A DNA stretch of 62,496 nt, counting the filler. It is 8 parts of 8 records of this genome, joined end to end, with 100 filler letters (N's around TTAATTAATTAA, not from the genome) between each part and the next. Parts side by side here need not be neighbours in the genome. Positions count along the whole stretch, not along the records: positions 54,697 to 62,496 come from SRR31147125_116039; 7 more parts are not named here. The stretch is one strand, 5' to 3'. How positions within the stretch are numbered: position 1 is the first letter of the stretch; the number at the start of each line of letters is the position of its first letter. The position numbers and the translations under genes are program-made. Shown one piece after another: positions 56,788 through 62,496 of the stretch. Below the pieces are notes generated by a model. That model was not told the DNA's origin, did no database searches, and saw nothing but the letters and a program-made list of their open reading frames with translations.

Positions 56788-59700
56788 ATGAATAAAAAAC
56801 TTGAAAAAAAGCAGCTTAACTCTCGATCGAACTCAACAAATGGATTGAACCCAACTATTCAAGAAAACGCCACCGAATCCAATGCCATCCAGATTCCGAA
56901 AATTTCCCTTCCCAAAGGCGGCGGTGCCATAAAAGGGATAGACGAAAAATTCACCGTCAATCCCGCCACTGGTACAGCAAATCAGAGCATTCCAATTTTT
57001 ACAAGTCCGGGGCGGTCAGACTTTGGTCCCAAACTCTCTCTGAACTATAACTCGGGCTCTGGCAATGGACCTTTTGGTCTTGGGTGGAGTTTAGATTTGC
57101 CAGAAATAGCCAGAAAAACAGACAAGGGTATTCCACAATACCGCGATGCTGAAGAATCTGATATATTCATACTTTCAGGTGCTGAAGATTTAGTTCCTTT
57201 CTTGAAAAAGAATGGGACGAACTGGGATCGTGTCGAAATCCCCGATAGAGTTGAAAATGGCGTTACTTATATTGTGACAAGATATCGCCCGCGAATTGAG
57301 GGACTATTTGCGCGGATCGAACAATGGAAACGCAATGATAATGGAAACATCCATTGGCGGTCTATCTCAAAAGATAATGTTACAAGTATCTATGGTAAAA
57401 ACCAGGAAAGGATTGATCAAAGTGGAAGTAAATACCGGCCAAACAGCATAATTGTAGATCCTAACAATGAAAAACACATATTTAAATGGCTCATCGAAGA
57501 GAGTTATGATGACAAAGGCAACGTTATTTTTTATGAATATAAGCAGGAAAATGAAGAACGACTGGATCCGCAAAATCTCTATTTAAAAAACCGCCTCGGT
57601 AACAATTTTGCGAATCAGTACATCAAGAGGATCAAGTACTGTAATCAAAATCCTAATGAGCGTACAGGATGGTTGATGGAAGTGGTATTTGATTATGGTG
57701 ATCATGACATCTTCGGCGGTAATCCTGAAAAGGAAGGGACCTGGAAGATTCGCAAAGATCCATTTTCGAACTATCGCGCAGGATTTGAAATACGCACGCA
57801 ACGTCTCTGCGAGCGTATCCTGATGTTTAACCATTTTGATGAATTGGGCAATAACCATTTGGTAAAATCCACAGATTTGACTTATGAACCAGGTGAAGCA
57901 TTCACTTACTTAATTGCAGCAACCCAAACCGGCTACAAAAAAGAGAATGGAACTTACCAGGCTAAATCTTTACCCCCGATTGTGTTTAGCTACACCAAAC
58001 CAGACATTAAAAATAAAATAAAATTTGTGAAGCCCGAGAACTTGGAAAATCTCCCAATCGGAGCGGATGGGCAAGAATACCAGTTTGTTGACATACATGG
58101 TGAAGGGATTAGCGGTATTTTATCGGATCAAAATGGTGCATGGTATTATAAGAGCAATTTGGGCAATGGCGACTTTGGAGCGCAGACGGTCATTGCTGAG
58201 AAGCCCTCCCTGGCCCAACTACAATCCGGCCAGGGACAAATAATGGATCTGGCCGGGGATGGCACAAAAGATGTGGCATTTTATGATAGCCCAGTACCAG
58301 GATTTTATGAGCATAAGGAAGATGAAGGCTGGAAAGAGTTTAGAAATTTCAAATCCCTACCAAACGTCAATTGGAAAGATCCAAATCTTCGGTTTGTCGA
58401 TCTCAATGGTGATGGCCATGCAGATATCCTGGTTACTGAAGACGAGGTCTTTACCTGGTATTCTTCTGAAGCTGAAGATGGATTTGACCCAAGCTCGTAT
58501 GTGAGAAAAACTCTGGACGAGGAAAATGGTCCAACACTGGTCCTTGCCGACGGAACCCAATCGATATTTTTATCTGATATGAGTGGTGATGGGCTTACCG
58601 ATCTTGTTCGCATTCGTAATGGCGAAATCTGCTATTGGCCCAATTTGGGCTATGGACGGTTTGGTAGGAAAATAAGCATGGATAATGCACCGCTTTTTGA
58701 CTTGCCGGATCAGTTCAGCCATGCACGACTTCGGCTTGCCGATATCGACGGGACAGGCACGACAGACATTTTTTATCTCAGTAATCAAGGCGTCAAATTC
58801 TGGTTTAATCAAGCTGGAAATAGTTGGAGCACTGAGAAAATCTTCACAAATTTTCCTCCCATTAATAATGTAATATCCGTTGATGTTTTCGATTTGCTCG
58901 GTACAGGTACAGCCTGCCTGGTCTGGTCATCCCCTCTTCCGGGTGATGCTGGAACGCAGATGCGTTATGTTGATTTTATGGATAGCAAAAAGCCACATTT
59001 GCTCGAAACTATTGACAACAACATGGGCAAGGTCACTATGTTAAAATACGTTTCTTCCATAAAATTTTATCTTGAAGATAAATCAAAAGGCAAAAAGTGG
59101 GTCACAAAACTGCCATTCCCAGTTCATGTGCTAGAGCGGGTGGAAGTGTTTGATGCCATCAGCAAAAACTATTTCGTCAGCCGTTATGCTTACCATCATG
59201 GCTATTACGATGGTTTCGAGCGAGAATTCCGGGGGTTTGGCCTGGTTGAGCAATGGGATACGGAAGATTATGAAAGTTTTAAAGAATCCCCTGCTTATAC
59301 TACCGGAAACGACAATTGGCAGGAAGAATCCCATGTGCCGCCTGTATATACCCGGAACTGGTTTCATACCGGCATTTATATGGGTGGTGACAGAGTCTCG
59401 GCATTTTACAAAAATGATCCGGATGAGTATTTTAAACATCCGGACGAATGGTATCTCCCGGATACAATCCTGCCTGAGGGTTTGACTGCAGCAGAAGAGC
59501 GTGAAGCCTACCGCGCATTGAAAGGACGTCCTTTACGACAAGAAGTCTATGCACTTGATGGTTCTGACAAAGAACATCTACCCTACTCGGTAACTGAGAA
59601 CAGTTTTCATATACGTCCCGAACAACCAAGGCTGGAAAACCGACATGCCGTCTTCTATGTTTGTGCATGCGAGAGCTTGAGTTTTCACTACGAACGTGAT

Positions 59701-62496
59701 CCAAGTGATCCACGCATCAGCCATCAATCATCACTCGAAATAGATGAATTCGGTAATGTCACAAAATCTGTAGCCGTTGTCTATCCAAGACGGGATAATC
59801 CAGCCACTTCCATTGTTGATCCCCAAAACGCTGAAGAAGTTTTAGCCAAATATCTTTATGAAAATGAAAACGCCCAGGACAGATTGTATGCTACCTGTTC
59901 GGAAGCTGGCTTTGCAGATAAGATAGACAATGATACGACTTTCCGACATTCTGTTCCAAATGAGAGCAAAACATTTGAACTCACTGGCTTGGAATACAAA
60001 AACAAACCATTCCCAAAGCAGGAGTTATTAACTTCTGTTGGAAACGCTGAGTCCATCGCGTTTGAGGATTCTGTCGTAAATATAGGGGAACAAATTCGAC
60101 TGGTAGAATGGTCGCGCATTCTTTATTATGCTGACGATCTTACAGCCCCGCGATCTTTCGGTAAATCCGGTCCCAAAGCCATTCCTTTTGAGACGTATAC
60201 CCTAGCCTATACCAACAGCCTCCTGGCATTGACAGAGCTTAATGGATATTTCACGACCGACTTGTTGACTGAAGGAAAATATTTAAACAACAAGTTTAGT
60301 GATATTCCAAACAACAACGAGTTGGTGGCTCCCCTCGGGAAGACAGCTCTACGATTTGACGAAAAATCCATTTTATATTCCTGTGGCGGTTAAAGATCCA
60401 TGGGACAATGTTACTAAGATCACCTACGATAAATATCACATGCTGGTGCAAAGCACAGAAGACCCACTAGCAATTACGATCACTGCAGAAAACGATTACC
60501 GCCTGCTTCAGCCCAAGAAAATTATCGATCCAAATGGTAACCAGACAAAAGTGGCGTTTGATATTTTGGGTATGGTTGTCGGGACCGCGGTGATGGGTAA
60601 AGCAGGAGAAAACAAAGGCGATTCGCTAGATGGTTTTAAGACCGATCTTTCTGACAGCGAAATCACCTCGCATATCGAAAATCCTATAGGCTATCCGCAT
60701 AGTATTCTTAAGAACGCAACCACTCGCCTGGTTTATGATTTAACTCGATATCAACGAACAAAAGAGACCGACAATCCATTGCCCAACGTTGTCTATACGC
60801 TTGCAAGAGAAGAACACCATTTCGATTTGGATTTAGGCGCTGGAGAAAAAAGCCTAATCCAGCATAGTTTTGTCTACTCCGATGGTTTTGGCCGCGAAAC
60901 TTTGACAAAAATCCAGGCCGAAGATGGCAACGCGCCGCAAAGGGACAGCGATGGTAAGCTGGTGAAAGTTGGGGGAATTGTTCAAGAAGCGCGGACAACT
61001 AATCGTTGGGTTGGAACCGGAAAAACAGTTTATAACAACAAAGGAAAGCCAATCAAACAATACGAGCCATTTTTTGACAATGGCCATGCTTACACTGACG
61101 AAACGGAACTGGTCGAATTCGGGGTGACACCGGTAGTCCATTACGATCCGTTGGAGAGAGTGATTCGCACTGACATGCCAAATGGAACTTACACCAATGT
61201 GGAGTTTACACCCTGGCAGCAGGTCACATATGATGAAAACGATACGACAATTCTTGAAGAAGATGGCGATCACATTGAAAGTCGATGGTATCAGGATCGT
61301 GGCTCGCCAGATCCTACCGGTGCAGAACCGACTGATCCGGAAACCAGGGCTGCATGGCTCGCTGCCAAACACGCCAACACGCCCACCACACAATTTTTTG
61401 ATACGCTTGGCCGGCCTTTTTTGACAGTTGCACACAACAAAAAGAGCGGCGCAGATGAATTCATTCCCACCTACACAGAGCTGGATATCGAAGGCAATCC
61501 CATTCGCATTTGGGATGCCCGGGATAACCAGGTTATGCATTATGTTTACGCTATTCATGGCGAGCAAATCTACCAGGATAGCATGGATGCCGGCAAACGC
61601 TGGGCGCTGAATAATGTTGCCGGAAATCCCTTGCTGAATTGGGATGAACGAAATCATCGTATTAAATCAGAATATGATAGCCTGCTTAGACCTACCCACA
61701 TTTATGTTGATACTTTAAATGCTGATGGTACTGTTGCAGAGACTATTCTGGCCGAACGAATGATTTATGGTGAATTGCTTGATGACAGTGATCCCGGAAT
61801 ACCTCTGGCTGAAAGCAAAACGAAAAACCGTTTAGGCCAGCTCTATTTACATTTTGATAACGCTGGGTTGCTCATCAATGATACTTTCGATTTTAAGGGT
61901 AACCTCACATCATCAAGCAGGCGACTTTTGCAGAATTATGAGGAACTGCCTGATTGGAGCGTTGTTGCTTCAACCGATAGCGCAGAAGAGCGAAACGCGG
62001 AAACCACTACTAATGACAACAATCTTTTAGAAGATCTGAGCAAAACCTATAACTCAAGAACAGAATTTGATGCTCTAAACCGTCCCATAGCGCTCACAAC
62101 TCCGGATAACAGCGTGCAAAAGCCGGAATACAACAAGGCTAATTTATTGGAGGTAGTGAAAGCAGAAATTCGAGGGGCGATAGATGACACCTACGTCACC
62201 AACATCGATTATAATGTCAAAGGGCAGCGGAAGAAGATTGAGTATGACAACGGGGCGATCACAAAATATGACTATGATAAAGAGACTTTTCGTCTGACGC
62301 GATTGCACACCTACAGACCAGATTTTCCAGCAGAAAAGCAGAATGTTCAGGATCTTCAATACTTCTATGATCCGGTGGGTAATATCACTGAAATCCGTGA
62401 TAATGCTCAGCAGACCATTTTCTTTGACAATGGAATAGTAGAGCCTAATAGCAAGTATGCCTATGATGCCCTCTATCGTTTGATAGAGGCAAAGGG
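56788..62496 (+). CDS. Fused TcB-TcC-type toxin shell protein (SpvB N-term, FG-GAP propeller, TcdB mid domains, RHS/YD repeats), 3' truncated
   Basis: PKISLPKGGGAIKGIDEKF, GNGPFGLGW, DPFSNYRAGFEIRT, YWPNLGYGRFG, EREFRGFG. After an indel at ~60310-60320 it continues WWLPSG...YSDGFGR...NNKGKPIKQYEPFF...YDPVGNI...YDALYRL to the window end. Confidence 0.92.

Noticed and set aside
7743-60320. Many split genes (~7745, 14000, 16440, 24050, 31590, 33540, 35465, 55068, 55240, 60315) read as pseudogenes or programmed frameshifts
   Set aside because: They occur in nearly every contig across unrelated organisms, mostly at homopolymer runs, and a small indel restores conserved motifs. Sequencing indel error is the simplest explanation; raw reads would confirm.
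60708-62359. Minus-strand and off-frame ORFs at the window end
   Set aside because: They overlap the continuing RHS/YD frame of the toxin gene, which the ORF track omits because it has no stop in the window.
1-62496. rRNA, tRNA (including selC), CRISPR arrays, transposases, integrases
   Set aside because: None recognised by eye; tRNAscan-SE and Infernal would be needed to exclude small RNAs.

Overview
This window is not one locus. It is eight unrelated metagenome-type contigs joined by artificial 100-nt linkers (N44-TTAATTAATTAA-N44), so gene neighbourhood only means something within a contig. Single-base indels, mostly in homopolymer runs, split many genes; I treat them as sequencing errors and rejoin the genes. 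Contigs 1 (1-13060) and 7 (47457-54596) come from a very compact intron-containing eukaryote: NPRL3, a ~2900-aa secreted LamG/PSI/EGF/FN3/beta-helix protein, PI31, adrenodoxin reductase, a SMYD-like methyltransferase and COG4. Contig 2 (13161-18624) has an ArsC-like/PAS/sigma54 activator and a fibre-like adhesin ending in an FGE/Mtd-like C-type lectin domain. Contig 3 (18725-26316) is Bacteroidota-like: GH78 rhamnosidase, amidohydrolase, DUF1080, sulfatase, FG-GAP protein. Contig 4 (26417-33971) has hydantoinase/oxoprolinase A and B, an ABC1 kinase, a Cache-GGDEF protein and an alanine symporter. Contig 5 (34072-40138) is a tightly coupled operon that I cannot match to a known pathway: sugar isomerase, ADP-ribosylglycohydrolase-ankyrin-nucleoside hydrolase fusion, degenerate nucleoside hydrolase, LarA-family epimerase and an HPrK-like P-loop protein. 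Contig 6 (40239-47356) is Desulfobacterota-like: rarA, ppaC, M18 peptidase, and two genes the ORF track breaks at in-frame UGA codons that are best read as selenoproteins (a UshA-like CxU protein with a clear SECIS hairpin, and a five-heme ExtKL-type cytochrome). Contig 8 (54697-62496) has parA/parB followed by palindromes and a fused TcB-TcC (SpvB/RHS) toxin-shell gene. The best leads are the contig 5 operon and the two hidden selenoproteins. All family calls come from motif recognition by eye; no database searches were run.
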